Source: Camelus ferus (lineage: Eukaryota). Taken from it: 60,000 bases of DNA. The notes under the pieces were generated by a model. It had not been told where the DNA came from. It was given only the letters and a program-made list of their open reading frames with translations, and did no database searches. The stretch is taken from positions 3,474,001-3,534,000 of the forward strand of contig NC_045696.1 in the NCBI RefSeq assembly GCF_009834535.1. The letters run 5' to 3'. A program made the position numbers and the translations under genes. Below are positions 1 through 13,424 of this stretch, piece after piece (within the stretch, counting starts at the first letter, position 1; every line of letters begins with the position of its first letter).

Positions 1-263
1 TTGTAAATACCCAGGGACGCGGCCCTGGGTGGAGCAGCCCCTCCCCGGGCAGTGATCTGCTGAAACATTCCTCCTGATGGGGAGTCAAATTTGACCTCCA
101 CTGGCACCACCAGAAGCGTGGCCGTGGTCCTTCAACTAGACTAAGGAATCGCATCGCCTTCCACCTGACAGCCCTGCAGACTCTTCTGGGGAGTTCTCAG
201 GGCACCCTTGTTTCTGGTGTGGTTGTTCTTCATGGTCCCTCCCCATACTTGTCTCCCCCACTG

Positions 264-363
264 CACACGCAGACACACTGACACACACACAGAGATACAC
301 AGGAACACACACAGACATGCAGAAACACAGACACACACAGAGACACACAGACACACACACACA
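264..363. repeat. Interrupted (CA)n/(CAGA) microsatellite
   Basis: acacgcagacacactgacacacacacagagatacac...cacacacaca; explains the Cys/Val and His/Thr ORFs at 136-499. Confidence 0.9.
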
Positions 364-3224
364 TCCTTTTCATCCCTGTCTTTCTCTTCTGTGTTTGGTT
401 TTGCAAATCCTTGACATTATAAAATCGCAGGGTGGACACTGTTTCTCACCCTCTCTTCCCATCCCAGCCCGGAGACCATTGCCCTCTGAGCAGAGTTGAA
501 TGGAAAGTGGGGATCCAGCACGTGGTCACCAAGCCCCAGGGAGTGTGCTGGACACTCTGCTTCCAGCCAGGGTGGGTTGGACGGTGAGGAGAAGCAGGTC
601 TGCCTGCACGGGTGCCCGGTGGCCAGAGCAGCTGGGGCTGAAGCTGGGGGCCCAGGCCTCTGCTCTGCAAAGCTGCCTGGGAGACTGGGAAGGCAGGCGA
701 CCCTGCACAGCCCCCTTTTCGTAGACTCGCGGGAAAAGCCTGGCCTAGGAGCCGGACATCCTGGTCCACCCTAGTTTTGCCAACAACCAGCGGGGTTACC
801 AGGGGCAACGCTGCATCTCCCTGCACCTCCCAATCTACAGAACGGGGGCACTTGTGCCTCCAAACTTGGCAGTGTGGTAACGCCTCCCGACTTTGTGAAA
901 AACAAGCAAGACCGCGTGTGGGAACTGCTCTAGAACTTGAAAGCGCTTTAAGACATCCGTCCTCTAGAGTCATTAAATGTAGATAAAGTGTTATTGGGGG
1001 AATTTCATTAAAAACGAGTTCTGCTCCCACCCCAGGGAACCTCTCCACAAAGTCGGAGGAGAAAGAAGATTCTTTCACTGCTGAACGAACATTAGACCAG
1101 ATGACAAGGCGAGCCACGGGCAGCCCGACGCGAGACTGCACGGGCACGGAGATCCCACCTTCCCTGCGATCGAGCAGACACACCCACTAGGTCAGGCTCG
1201 CAAGACAAACGATGACCAGTCCCCAGGCAGAGGACTTGCCAGCACCGCTGGTCACACACATCTCCTGCTCATCTCGGCCTGCGACTGGGGCGGCCTTCTG
1301 TACTAGCTAAACGGCTTCATCCAGAGGGAAAAGAAACTTCTGTCTTTAGCACAGGAGGCAGTTTTGCAAAGTAGAACAAGGAGCCCACAGAGTTAGGGCC
1401 CAACCCACCTCACAGAGACGGGGGGGCGGACGGGGACTGACAGCACTCACGACGTTTCCACGGCAAAGAGATGTTCCCATGGTCTTGAGAGTGACGTTCT
1501 CGGGCCACAGAGCCCAGGAAATGCTAACCTAGTCTTCAAAAGGGGACACATGCATTTCAAAGACAGGGGACGGTGCTTACACGTTTTCTAAAGTACGTGC
1601 TCAAAGAAAAGAGGGGAGGGAAATCTCTTCCCTTATTTTTCACAGAAAGAATTAGACCTCTTATTATTTTTAATTTGTATTTGTCTTTACAGTATGAATG
1701 CCCCGAAGCAATCTGCCAGGTGTGGGGGTTAGGACGACAGAGCCAGGGAGACTGGGCCGCGTGCCCTCCGAGGCCCCTTCCAGGAGGGCTGAGCATCTGA
1801 GCACCAGCACCTTGAGTTCTAGAATCTAGTAGTAAGAGCCCACGTGCTACGATCAGGATGACCGTGGGCTGAACAAACAATCTTATGATCAGTGTTCTCG
1901 CAGAGAGGTAACACCAGCCCAGAAACAGAAGTCCACCCCTCTGAGGGCCCCAGGACTCCAGAGTGAGGGCAGCGTGTTGGCACAAGGGCACTCGGATGAG
2001 AAGGGTGTCCCAGGGTTCAGGCCGGGCTGTGTGCGGTGGGGCACCTCAGGCCTCGGGACTTCAGTCTCTGGCCCCACGTGGAGGGCAGGGGACAAGCTTG
2101 GTCCCCAGTGAGCACCAACATTTCACAACGTCGCATCGTCCCTCTCAGGACAGACTGAAACACAACACTTGACCCCCCAGGACTGTTCGATCATGAGTGT
2201 CAGCGTGTGGATTTGAAATAATGGAGAAGATGGATCTCATGGGGACTAAGGCGCACGTCTCCGCCTGACGCATCGGGATCCTCCTGATGACGGAGTCCGA
2301 GTAGGTGACACCTGAAGCAGGGGCTATTCCAGACCCGTCTCCATCTGCACCCGTGATGGGCTGCAGGCGCCCCTGGAAAACACCTTTATTTACTCCCCAG
2401 GGAGGGAGTCTTCCCGCAGAGTTAAAAGCAAATTGCTGAAGTCCTTTCCTGCTAACCTGAGTCAGGCTGTTAAGAGGAAGAGAGAAAACACTGACAGCCC
2501 CTCCCCTCCAGGATTTTAGAGGCTAAGAACAGGAAGCAGCAGATTCAATCAGCACAGTAAGCTGTTCCAGAGTCTCAGATGGGCCGTGTTTAGAGGGTTC
2601 TTGAGAGAAATGGAGCCCAGAGGCGTGTGGCCTCCGTCACCCTCCGGAGGGCTCTTGGGGGCTTCCCGGGTCCCCTTCGCAGCCCCTGCCCGGGTGACAG
2701 CTCGCCCGCCCTCTCCCTCCCCTCCTCCGGGGGTGGGCACTGGTGGAGGGAGCCCAGAAGCCCCGCCGTACCAGCTCGATGGGCCGTGGCCTCCAGGAGC
2801 TCAGTGAGCACAGTCTGACTCACCCTCAGAGCATTCGGGAAAGGGGGTGCAGGAAGGGGCCCAGAAACTCAGGAGGTGAGGAGGTGCAGGAGAAAGGGAG
2901 GCCAAGGGAGCAGGTGTCCTGAGCCTGAGGCACCTTCTGCTCCAGCCAGGCTGCTTTTGAAAGGACATCCAGCATCAACTGTGGTGCCTCACCCTCTACT
3001 TTGGGCAAAGCCACCCCGGGGGGCAGAGGGAAGGAGCCAGCAAGGGGCAGGCAGGGTGACATTCCTGGTGGTGGCCTCAGTGCCCCTACTTGGAGGCAGA
3101 GGGGCCTGTCCAGGGGGTCAAGTCTAGGGGATTTCACCCCTGCCCGCCCTAAAGATGGAGTGACCAGCCGTCCTGGTTTGCTGGGGCTGAGGCACCTCAG
3201 GATGTGGGACTTCCACTCCAAATC

Positions 3225-3454
3225 CCAGGAAAGCCCCATGAAGGCTGAGACAGGAGCGATGTGCCGACAAGGGTTGGCGGCTACACCAGAACCTAGAAGA
3301 GGCGAAGGAGACCCGTCTGGTTATCCAGAAGGAACCAGCACTGCTGCCTCTGGGTTCAGACATTTGGCCTCCAGGACTGTGAGAGAACGGTTTCAGGTGT
3401 TTCAAGGCGCCCCGTCTGTGGGACTGAGTCATGGCCCCCTAGGACACTCACACA
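3225..3454 (+). mobile_element. MaLR LTR fragment (MLT1, 3' part)
   Basis: tggcctccaggactgtgagagaac...tgtttcaagg...atggcccccctaggacactcacaca resembles the MLT1 3' end. Confidence 0.7.
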
Positions 3455-4370
3455 CCCCATCGGTCAGAAGTGGAGGCTCATTCAGTTTTCACTGGACCCC
3501 CGCTGGCCCTTCCCACCACCCCTGCCCTCTGCCCACCTCCCCGCTCTGCCCCCAACAAGCCCCACCCCAGACCCCATAGAGGCTGTTCGAGGTGAACAAT
3601 GAGAGACCCTCAATACACGTGACACCTGTAGGTGACATGTACACTCTGTCCTTTTGGGTCATCAATCTAAAGGAACACGGCCAAGCTGCAGGCCTCCCAG
3701 GCTCAGGGGTTTGCAGGGCCCGAGGTCAGCCTTGGGGAAATGTCTCCTGAGGTGACTGATAGTCCCATCCAGGGCATCCCCTGTGGACAGCCCAGTGCAC
3801 TTCTCTCTCTGTCCCCACCCACCACCGTGCCTAGGATGGTCCCGCCCTTTGATCTGAACTGTAATGCCTTCACCCCACTAGGAAAGCACCTCTCCCCTCC
3901 CCTGGTGCGAGGGAGCTGTGCTGGGGGTTTGGCCACATTGTCTCAGCCACATCTGGGTGATTGTCCTGCAGGGGCGACTTGCTAGAGTCCCACACTCGGC
4001 GCTGGCTCTGCCCGGCCTTGCACAGCCCTGCGCGACCCTGCCCAGCTTCTTCGCACACTTTCCCTCCCTTTCACTTGGAAATTCTCTCATGTTCTGTTTC
4101 TCGTACTGCCTAGGGTGTGTGCTTTCAGAGACAGCTGTTCTCATCCTGAGGCTCTTATCTTGGCTGGGAGGCCCTGCGGTTCAGCACAGCCGCCTGAGCG
4201 GGGCTGGTGGGGAAGGTGTCAGGACACCCAGCACCCAGCATCCAGGTGTCCAGGGGTCCAGGGCCCCCACCCAGACTCTGCCCTCTCTGTCCGTCTGCCC
4301 CTCAGGGCCTCAGCCAGCAGCACATAGTGGTGTTTCTTTTTGTGTTTCGCCAGGGATGAGGAGGTGTGTA

Positions 4371-4736
4371 TGTTGTGGACTGAATGTTTGTCCCCTCACG
4401 ATTCTTAGGTTGAAGCCCTAAGGAGGGTGGCTGCACTGGAGCAAGGAAGCACTTAAGGTTTAACGAGGTCGTGGGGTGGGGCCCTGATCGGGTGGGATTA
4501 GTGCCCTTGTCACAGGAGACACCATAGCCCGCTCTCTCTCATCCTCACTCCCTCTGCCACCAGAGGACACAGCCAGAAGGTAGCCGTCTGCAAGCTAAGA
4601 AGGCTCCTCACAGGACACCAGTCCTGCTGGACCTTGATGGTGGACGCCCAGCCTCCAGAACCGTGAGAAAGCAAACGTCTATTGTTTAAGTCCTGTGGTC
4701 TGTGGCATTTGGTATGGCAGCCCCAGCCGACTGTGT
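4371..4736 (+). mobile_element. MaLR solo LTR (MLT1A-like)
   Basis: Begins tgttgtggactgaatgtttgtcccc; gggattagtgccctt; cagcctccagaaccgtgaga...tgtttaag...tatggcagcc. Confidence 0.85.
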
Positions 4737-5387
4737 GTAATCACGAATCCGAGAAGCTCGCCAAGACGTTGGTGACAGTAGCCGCCCTGCACGAGGGGTC
4801 TTGTTTGTTTCCTTGACACGGAGTCAAGGTCAGAGATGTGCTCAGAGCCACCCGGGGGGAGAAGAAAGTGCCCGAGATCACTGCCCGAGCCGGCCTCTCC
4901 AGGCCCTAGGTGGGAACAACAGGGCACAGAGGGGCTGCCCGGCCTCCAAGGGAGTGAGCCAGGTCAGCATCACACTGCAGGAGCTGTCAGTGCCGGCTGT
5001 TCCAAGGGTGACACAGGAAGATGAAGGGGACAAGCACGGAGCCCAGGAGGAAGCACTGTCACAGCCCCTGCTCTCACGGGCACATCCAGCCCCGACTGGA
5101 CAAACAGCCCCAAAGAGGGGCAGGAAACAGGAAGAGGGATAGTTGGAGTGGGGAGGGGGCGACCTTGGTACAGAGAAGACCCCAAGGGAGAAGGAAGGAG
5201 AGGAAGAGAGCTCGTCCACCCAGATCGGGCTCCGCTGGGATGTCCGTCCTCTCATCCACAAGCTGCTGGCAGTCACCGCCCTGCCTGTCCATTCATTCAG
5301 CCCACAGATGTCCCCGCCTGCCCTCAGGGCCCCCTTGGGACTCGGCCGTGGGCAAGGCTAACCCCAACCTAGAAAGCCCTCAGGTCA

Positions 5388-5733
5388 GCTGTGGGTTAAA
5401 TCGTGTCTCCAAAAAGATGTGTTCAGGCCCTACCCAGTCTTGGCAGGTGTAATTTAGTTACAATAGGGTTATCCTCGTTTAGGGCAGACCCTGAATCCGA
5501 TACACCCGGTGTCCTCCCAGAAGGGAAGTTGGGTTAGACACACAGAGAGAGGTCGTGTCATGGCAGAGGTGGGGGTTGGGGGACGACAGCTGCAGGCCAC
5601 CACAGAAGGGGGTGCGGCCCTGCCCACCCCTCCATCTGGGGCTTCTGGCCCTAGGGCTGTGGGAGAATGCATTTCGTGGTTTTTAGCCCCCCGGTTTGTG
5701 ATGCTTTGTTGTGGCAGCCCTAGAAATCGAACA
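5388..5733 (+). mobile_element. MaLR solo LTR (MLT1B/C-like)
   Basis: tgtgggttaaatcgtgtctccaaaaagat...tttgttgtggcagccctagaaa. Confidence 0.8.
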
Positions 5734-8619
5734 TGGAGTGTGATGGAGAAGACTGACATCCAACGTACTGGCCTCATAACTAAGTCCTGACAATACGGCC
5801 CTTGGATGAAAGCCAGGACCCAGAGGGAGAGGCACAGCCTGCAAAGGCCCTGGGACACGGGGATGCTTGGTTCCTCCAAGGGACGGGAGGAGGGGAAGGG
5901 CCCGGGGCTCAGAGAGACCAGGCGCAGCCCCAGCCCGCCCGCCATCCTTCCAGCCACTCTTCCGCCCAGGACAGCGAGGCACCTGGGGGCCATGCCTCTC
6001 TGGAAGTGAGCGCTGAAGCGGAGCACCAGGGAGCGTGTCTCCGGGTCACTTCTCGCTCCTGTGGACAAGGGGCTGACTCCACAGGGTATGTGTCAGGGCC
6101 TCGGAGTCACTCAGGGCCGAGTCACAGGAGGCCGACTTCAGTTTCAGCAGGAGGTATGTGGGTCAGATAACAGCACTGTTAAGCCCTGGAAGGCGGTACC
6201 TGGAGCTCGGTGATGAGGAAACACTGGCTCTGGCGAGCCTGCCAGAGGCGCTGGGTCCCCCTCCACCCCATCTGCACCCCATCCTCCCCACCAGGGGCAC
6301 CCATGAGCCCCACCTCTGTGCCCCCAGCCTCTGTGTCTGAGATTAAGTTTCCCTTACAAGAGTGTGGCTTCAGCTGGGAGCAAACAGGCACTCCGCTACG
6401 GGGGGCAGGATGCAGAGCTACTGGGACCCAGTGGCCCCCCAGGAAGAAGAGGAGAAAACCTACTGTGATCCTTGGGTCTCATGGATCTGGCTCTGTCCCC
6501 GCGTCACTGCTGCTTTCTGAGCAGCCTTGGAAAGCACCCTGGGCTGTGCCCTCGTCTGCAAACAGGGACATTTCACCATGGAGGTGGCCCTGGCACGTGA
6601 CCGGTTCTCCATTAAGCCTGGAGTCCCTGCTCCCGCCTCATGAAGATGGACTGCAGGAGTCACCAGGGGATGGCCTCGTGCAGGAAGGGCTATGAAATGT
6701 CCATGTCCACACGTGGGACCCGCTGGACATGCAGACCCGTTGCTACTGGTGGTCTGAGGACAGGCAGGCAGGCAGCGAGGGAGGTGGGCCCCCTGGGAGC
6801 TGGCGAGTTGCTTGTCCCCACCAGCGGTCAGGTTGAGTGGGCCCTGCTGGGCCTTAGTAGCTGGTCACATTTGGCACAAGCAGGTGACACTGTGGCAGCT
6901 GGGAGCACATGGATCACGGGCACACGGATGCCACAGGCAGGGAGCCAGGGCAGGGGTCATCTGGTCAGCTTCAAGGAGGTCCCCCAGGGGTGGTAAGGCT
7001 GGCCCTGGTCCAGAAGCTCCTGGACCATAGAAGGGCAATGCCCAGGGCCATCACGGGACGGGGAGGGCCCCTGAGCAGAGCCCAGGACCAGGGCACAAAC
7101 GGAGGCAGAGCTGGGTGGCAGGAAATGGGTCCAGGGTCCAAGCCAGCCTAAGGTCAAAGGCCAAGGTCAGACATCACCACAGGGGCCCGGCCTGAGAGGC
7201 GAGTGCTCGGGAAGGACACCAGGGCCACCAGGTCAGGATCGGGCCAAGAAGGAAACAAATACTGGCCCAATCAGCAGCCACTCAAATACTCATTCCTCCC
7301 TGTGGCTTCCTGGTCCGCCACCCTCTCTCCTCCCTCTGACGTTTTGGCCCCTTTATCTCCGATGTCTCTTCCCCTGATGGACAGTTGGCAATGCAGCAGG
7401 AGGGACCAGGAGGGACCGTGGCTAAGCCCACTCCTCCTGGCACCCAGCGCAGGGCCTGGCCTGCAGGCGGTGCTCCGTACATTCTTGTTAGAATGGCTTT
7501 GGGTCAGCCTACAGGCACATTAGGGGACCACCAAGACGAGCGCATGCAAGACAGGTCCCCGGGGCCCGCTTCCCCCAGCCTCCTCCTGGACAGACCCACA
7601 GCCCTGCCTCCCAGGGTGCTCAAGACGGCTCCGGGGCCCAGCCCGTCGGGAACAGGCCTCATTCCAGTGATCAAGGCTCTGGCTGGCTGGGTCCCTTTCC
7701 CACGGAGCTCACAGACGGGGAAAGGCCCTTTTCAGCAGCTCCGAGAGTGAGAGGAAGACATTCCCAGATAAGGAACTGATGTTCAAAAATGTGCTTGGTC
7801 TTAGAAATGAATCTGAATTTAATATTATCACGTATTTAAAATTCTTATGGGGCAGTGGTTCCTTCTAAATTGGACCCCTTTATACAGCTCACTGACCAAG
7901 AAAAGACTGCACAAGACAGAGAAGACCCTCTGGAAGATCGTGGCCAGGATTTGAACCTGGAACAGCTGCACAATGAGATGCAGAAATCTCCGCTGCACAC
8001 TCAGCCCTGAGGCGGGAGGCGCCGTCCGAGGGGCTGGACCGTCAGGCCGCCACAGTCACGCTGGAGGGCTTGGAAGTGAGCTCTTAAAACTGGGAACTTC
8101 CTTCCAGATGAGTAACTTCTTTTCTATTTTCCAAAGGTTAGGAGGTGTTTTGTTAAGAAATACATTGGAAGTGATGTTAGGAAAAACCTACCCTTTCAGA
8201 AAAACCTCAAAGTATGTGAAGAAAGTCCACCAGTGTCCCAGCACTTGGCCGAGGCTCTTCCAGGGGAGGGGGGCGCCTGGGATTCCGAGCCCAGCACTTA
8301 CAGAGTAAATGAATGAGTGTTTACCACGCGGTGCTCGGTGGTTTGGGCCTTGTGTAAATAAAAGACAGACAGATGAGAAAGTCCAAATGGAAAGATCGGC
8401 CTGGAATGTCTCGCTGACTGGTGGCCCGTGGAGAACAGTTTTCCATCCCAGATAATGCAGTGTCGCCTGCACGACTTTGAGGGGTCCTGCTGAGTGAGTT
8501 AGGGAGAAATAAAAGACGCAGCGTTTGGGCACAGCCGTCTCCTGTGAATATCTCACAGCGTTTGAAGAGGAGAGGAGCAAGTAGGGGGACCTAGAAGGAG
8601 AAGGCGACAACCGAGGGTG

Positions 8620-9633
8620 GTGACGGGGTGACTGAGCAGTGTCCCCTCCCCCCAAGTCTGTGTCCACTCAGAGCCTCGGAACGTGACTCTGCAAGGGCAG
8701 GCCGACAGCTAGATGTGAGCAGAGAAAGGAGGGGCACTGGCCGAATGCAGGAAACCCTCCATCACGTAAACAACAGGGGTCCCTGGGCAGAGAGAACAAT
8801 AGGAACCTCTGCGCTGATAAGTGGTCACAACTTTGGGGGTGACAAGCGGCCTGGAGGATAACAAAGAAAAGTGGGAGAAGGCAGGAACCTCCAGTGTCCA
8901 AATGTAACCTTCTCTTCATGCCCTCATTTCAGTGAAATCAGCCTTGCAGGTTAGAAGGACCTGTCAGGCACTGGTGCCAGGACACTTCCGATCCAGACTA
9001 AATGAGGACACACATCCCTCCTCCCCTCAGGAGGGTGGAGCTGGGGTGAAAATCAGGGAATCTGACCCCGAACCCTTCCCTCCCCGATGAATATTCTGCC
9101 TACTCGTTTTTACACCCTGTGTGACCAACTTGCCAAAGAAACTCAGGGCAGCCGCTCATCTGAGCCTGCCCGCTCTCCCCTGAGAGTGTACTGTCCATCC
9201 CTTAATAAATCCGCACTGTTACTTTCTTAACCTCCACGTCTCACCTCTGAGTTCTCTCTGCGATGAGACAAGAACCTCGTCGCTGGCTACAACTCTTTCG
9301 GAAATCGGGTCTCTGCAGACGCAATGAAGGTGAGGACAGAGGATGAGGTCCCCTGGCTCGGGGTGGGCCCTGTACCCAGGGAGCCTGTCCTTCTAAGAGG
9401 CAGAAGAGGACACGGAGGACACGGAGACCGGAGTGATGCCTTTCCAGGTGGAGGACCGCCAAGGACGCCGGCCACACGGGAATTGGAAGAGGGAGGTGCA
9501 TTCTCCCCAGGAGCACGGCCCCGCGGGCACCTTGATCTCAGACCTCTGACCTCCGCGTTGCACAACAAATTTCTGTTGTCTGAAGCCCCAGATTGTCAGT
9601 AATTTGTTGCTGTGGCCCCAGGACACAATTATA
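8620..9633 (+). mobile_element. MLT1 LTR split by a younger ERV1 LTR (parts ~8620-8689 and 9292-9633)
   Basis: Joining gaacgtgactc + tttcggaaatcgggtctctgcaga restores the MLT1 motif gaatgtgaccttatttggaaatagggtctttgcaga; 3' end aaatttctgttg...aatttgttgctgtggccccagga. Confidence 0.8.
8690..9291 (+). mobile_element. ERV1-class solo LTR, 602 bp
   Basis: TG...CA termini, perfect 4-bp TSD ACTC (8686-8689 and 9292-9295), AATAAA at 9204-9209, U5-like gagacaagaacc near the end. Confidence 0.85.
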
Positions 9634-12559
9634 AATGAAAAGGAAGAAAGGATCCCACAGGACCCAGGTGGGCCCCACCCCGAGTCTTTGCTTGCTCTTG
9701 TCTGCAGACATCTTAATATGGTCGCCTGTTGCAATGCTCATGCAGAGGCGACCCACAAAGAGGGGAATTATTCTTCTGCTGGGATACGTCTGCTCACTAA
9801 AGATGATGCCTCTGGACATGAGAACTGCTACGTGTTTGAATGGCTTGTCCTTGAGACTTCCCAAATGATTCTGAGAAAATGAGATGAGGAAGCTGTTGGG
9901 CCGGCAGTGGTGGGAGCAGAGGATGGGGCGAGGGATTCTGAAATCAGCTCACTCTGCTTCCAGGCCGAGGCCTCCCCTCTCCCCTGGCCTACGAGCCCAA
10001 GGAGGGCGCGGCATCGTGTCTCTAAGCACCTGGAGGAAGGCAGCGCGGCCAGGGGGCAGGACCAGCTGGGCTAGGTCTGGCTGTGCAAAGCAGGAGGGGC
10101 TGAAACCAGCAACACAACCTCACAGGACCTTCGCATCCGCCTGTCCCCCTGAGGGATTCCGCCCCACCCCCTGGGGCCTGCCAGAGCTGAAACTCTGGTG
10201 CACGATAATTTCGATTTTCCTTCTCTCAACTTTTATAAAACAGAAATAAAATGGCCTTTAGATCACCCAGTTTATCCTCTTGGAAATACTCCTTAGAAGA
10301 ATGGAAGGAAAGAATGAAGAAAGGAAGGGAGGGAAGGACGGAGAAGGCGATAATCCCAGAGAGACGGCCGTGGCCCTCAGCAGGGCCACCTTCCTGGTGC
10401 TGGCTCTGTCCCCCCAGTGCCACCCCCACTGCCCTCAGTCAGTGAGTCCGACTCTAGGCCTTGGACTTGCCGTGGCGTGCTTGGAGTTGCAGCAGAGATG
10501 GCTGTGACTTTGCCCTCAGGCCTTATCTCTGTCTGTGAGGAGGAACCAGAAGGAGACCTGCCCCCCGCCCGGTGGCCCTGAAACCCCAGAGGCTCAGGAG
10601 AGGTGGGGTGGAGTAGGGGGCAGGGCCCCTCCGGGGCCCCTCCCTCCCTGTGGTGACCTCCTGGGCCCTGTGCCCAGCATTCCCCACTCAGAAGTTCCCC
10701 AGAAGGGAGAATTCCTGCCCCAGGTATGTTCTAGATTGCTCTGCCCTGTGCCAGGACAGCTCCGGGATGCCCAGGGCAAGGCTGAGGCGGGCGCTGAGGT
10801 CCCCCTCTACACTTTCTCAGGGTCCTCCTCCAGTTCTGAGCTCTCAGGCCTCCTGCCAGCCCAGGCTCACAACTGCCACCTGCCCCACCCCACTCACTCC
10901 ACCCACGTGGTGTGGAGCGAGGCCATGGCAAGGCTGCCCCACCCCCCAGCATGTCACACTGTTCTCACTTCACCCAGGGACGCCCACTCCTGGCCTGTCT
11001 TTCCCTCGGGCTAACACCAGCAGAATCCACATCCTCCGGGGTCCGTGGGGCCCCACTGCTAACTGACTGACATCTATGCAGGAGGAGAAAATATTGGTGG
11101 AACGTGGACTCGCTGGGGAGGGGAGGGTGTGGGCAGGACAGGTGTGGTGCCCACCTGTGGGAATAGTTCCCCCGGAGAAGACCAGAGGCAGGCGTGTCAA
11201 GTGTCTGAACATGCCATGGAGAAGCAGCACATACTTGTTAGGAAAGAAAGCCAAAAATTGGAACAAGGGATGGTGGCTGAGGTTGTCTCCAGGAGGGTTT
11301 TGGCTCAGTTCAGGAAGAGGTCTCTCATAGCTGGAGCTGGGCAGACGGCTGCTGGGTGTGGTGATGAGCTCCCCGACCCTGGGAGTATTCAAGCAGACCG
11401 AAGGGCCAGGTAGGGTCCTGTGAGCTGGAGCATTGTGGGCCGGCCCCGGGCTGCTGGGACAGGCTGAGCCCTTGCTCGGGGCAGCAGTGTTGGACACTGG
11501 TTCACAGGAAAGTCCCTGAAGGGAGAAGTGGGTTTGTCCACCAAGTGGGAGGAAGCTTCAGGGAAAGAGAACAGCAACAGAATCACAGTCTGAACACGGG
11601 TCACCGAAGAGCACTCAGCGGCCAGAGACGGCCTCTGGGCCACCCTGGCTTTCGGGAAGGAGGGCTCCGCTCTGGGCTGGGGAAAGGGGTCATGCTGGGG
11701 GCATCACAGGCCTTTACTCTTGCTGGGAATGGCCCTGTCTGGGTTGAGATGTTCACAGACTCTGTCCCCACAGCCCCATTGCATTCAGGCCAGAGCTACA
11801 AAGAATGTGACAGGGGCCGGGGGCCCGCGGGGGCCAGAGTGAACCCAGAGGGCTCCCCCCTGGGCAGGTGTAGAGGGTCCTGCGCCCGCCAGCCGCGTGG
11901 GTGCTGTACCCGGACATCACGTGCCAGGGGCAAGACTGGCACCTCCCTGATGCCTTCTGAAGGAGGCTATCACTCTGCCTAGAGTGTTTTTGAGGGCTGA
12001 GTGAGACGGAGAGACAGCCGTCTCCATAAAAGCGCCAACCGCTGGGGGCCCCAAGGCCGGGGGACTCGGAGAGGGAGCAGCCCGTAGAGGGCACGGAGCC
12101 CGGTGGGGGCGCAGGCTGCGGAGTCAGCTCGGGCCAAGCTTCCCAGGGGCCGCCCGGCGGCTCGGCCACCTGGGCCTCAGTGTCCTTCTAAGGAAAAGGA
12201 GAGCTGACACCATGCTGCCCAGAGTGCTGGCGGCCCCCTCCTGAGAGAAGCAAGTGAAAGACAGGCTCATTCACATGGCGATGTGACACCTGGGCCCTGA
12301 CCTGTTCCCGGAGACCCTGGGAGAGGATGACAAGCCGACCCCAGCCACCCAATGCCTAATGGCAGAGCGGTGCCAGCTGGGGGGCTCGGCCACAGAAAAG
12401 ACAAATTTTAGATTCTACGCTATTTTGGAGAATTGGCTCCCAATCTGTTGATCTGCATAAAATTTAATGGGCCTTCAAAGATGGATGGAAACCAAACAGA
12501 ATATGACATTGGGGTTTTTGAAAGGTTACAGTTTATTGAAGTTGCCCTCCGGAGCGACT

Positions 12560-13240
12560 CATGTTTCAAAAGATAACACAAAACACTGACAAGGATGTAA
12601 AGGGACCGGAGCTCACAAACACGTGTGGCTGGTGGAAGGAAAAGGACTGAAAGTTTCTTATAAAACTAAACACACTCCTACCCTAAACCCAGCAATTCCA
12701 TCTGAGACACTTACCCAAGATACATGAAAAACCAAAACACCACACGGAGATGTGTTCTTGAATGTTCACGGCAGCTGAATTCCTAATAGCCACGCACTGG
12801 AAACCGCCCCCAGGGTTTACTAACAAAGGGGCGGATGAGCGCACTGTAGTGCATTCTTACAGTGGGGCGCCGCTCAGCACCACGGAGGAATGAGCTTTTG
12901 ATGAATCACAAACAACACAGGCGCATCGCCGAAGCCCCGTGCTGGGTGGAAGGAACCAGGTACAACTGACTTCACACGTGATGATGCCATTTTCACACGG
13001 TTCTGGCACAAGCTACACAAGGCCCCGGGGGGAAACGCCTGAGCAGTGGTTGCTTCTGACGGGTGAGCATGGGGACTGCCTAGCGGGGAGCATCAGGGAA
13101 TGTTCTGGAGTTCGGGAGGTGTTCCGGACCTTGATGGAGGTTTACGCATTCGTCAAAACTCAGTGGATGTACAGGTAAAATTTGTGCATTTCAATGTATC
13201 TAAATTTTACTTCAAAAAACCAAACCAAAAAAAAAGAAAA
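12560..13240 (+). mobile_element. Ancient L1 (L1ME-like) ORF2 end and 3' UTR
   Basis: acccagcaattcc...ttacccaaga...gaatgttcacggcagc...aatagcc...ctggaaac...gtcaaaactca...tgtgcatttca...aaattttacttcaaaa. Confidence 0.8.
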
Positions 13241-13424
13241 AGCCCTGTGAACAAGTGTTGGAGTCTAATGTCGCCCGTAGGGAACCGAGGTTTAGGGTGA
13301 AGTGTCTGAATTCTGCAAGTCACTCTGCATCAAAGCAAGACAGCACAGGCTGCAGGACGGAGGGTGAAGGGCGGCGCACCTGAGAGAAGGCGGGTGCAGC
13401 GAGTGGTTTTTTTCTTTTACATTT

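Noticed and set aside
446..1183. 245-aa minus-strand ORF as a UMODL1 exon
   Set aside because: No signal peptide, EMI, WAP, EGF, FN3, SEA or ZP features; no UMODL1-like peptide found anywhere in the ORF track.
12874..12894. REST/RE1 site (ctcagcaccacgga)
   Set aside because: Only the left half matches; the GACAG right half is absent and it lies within an L1 relic.
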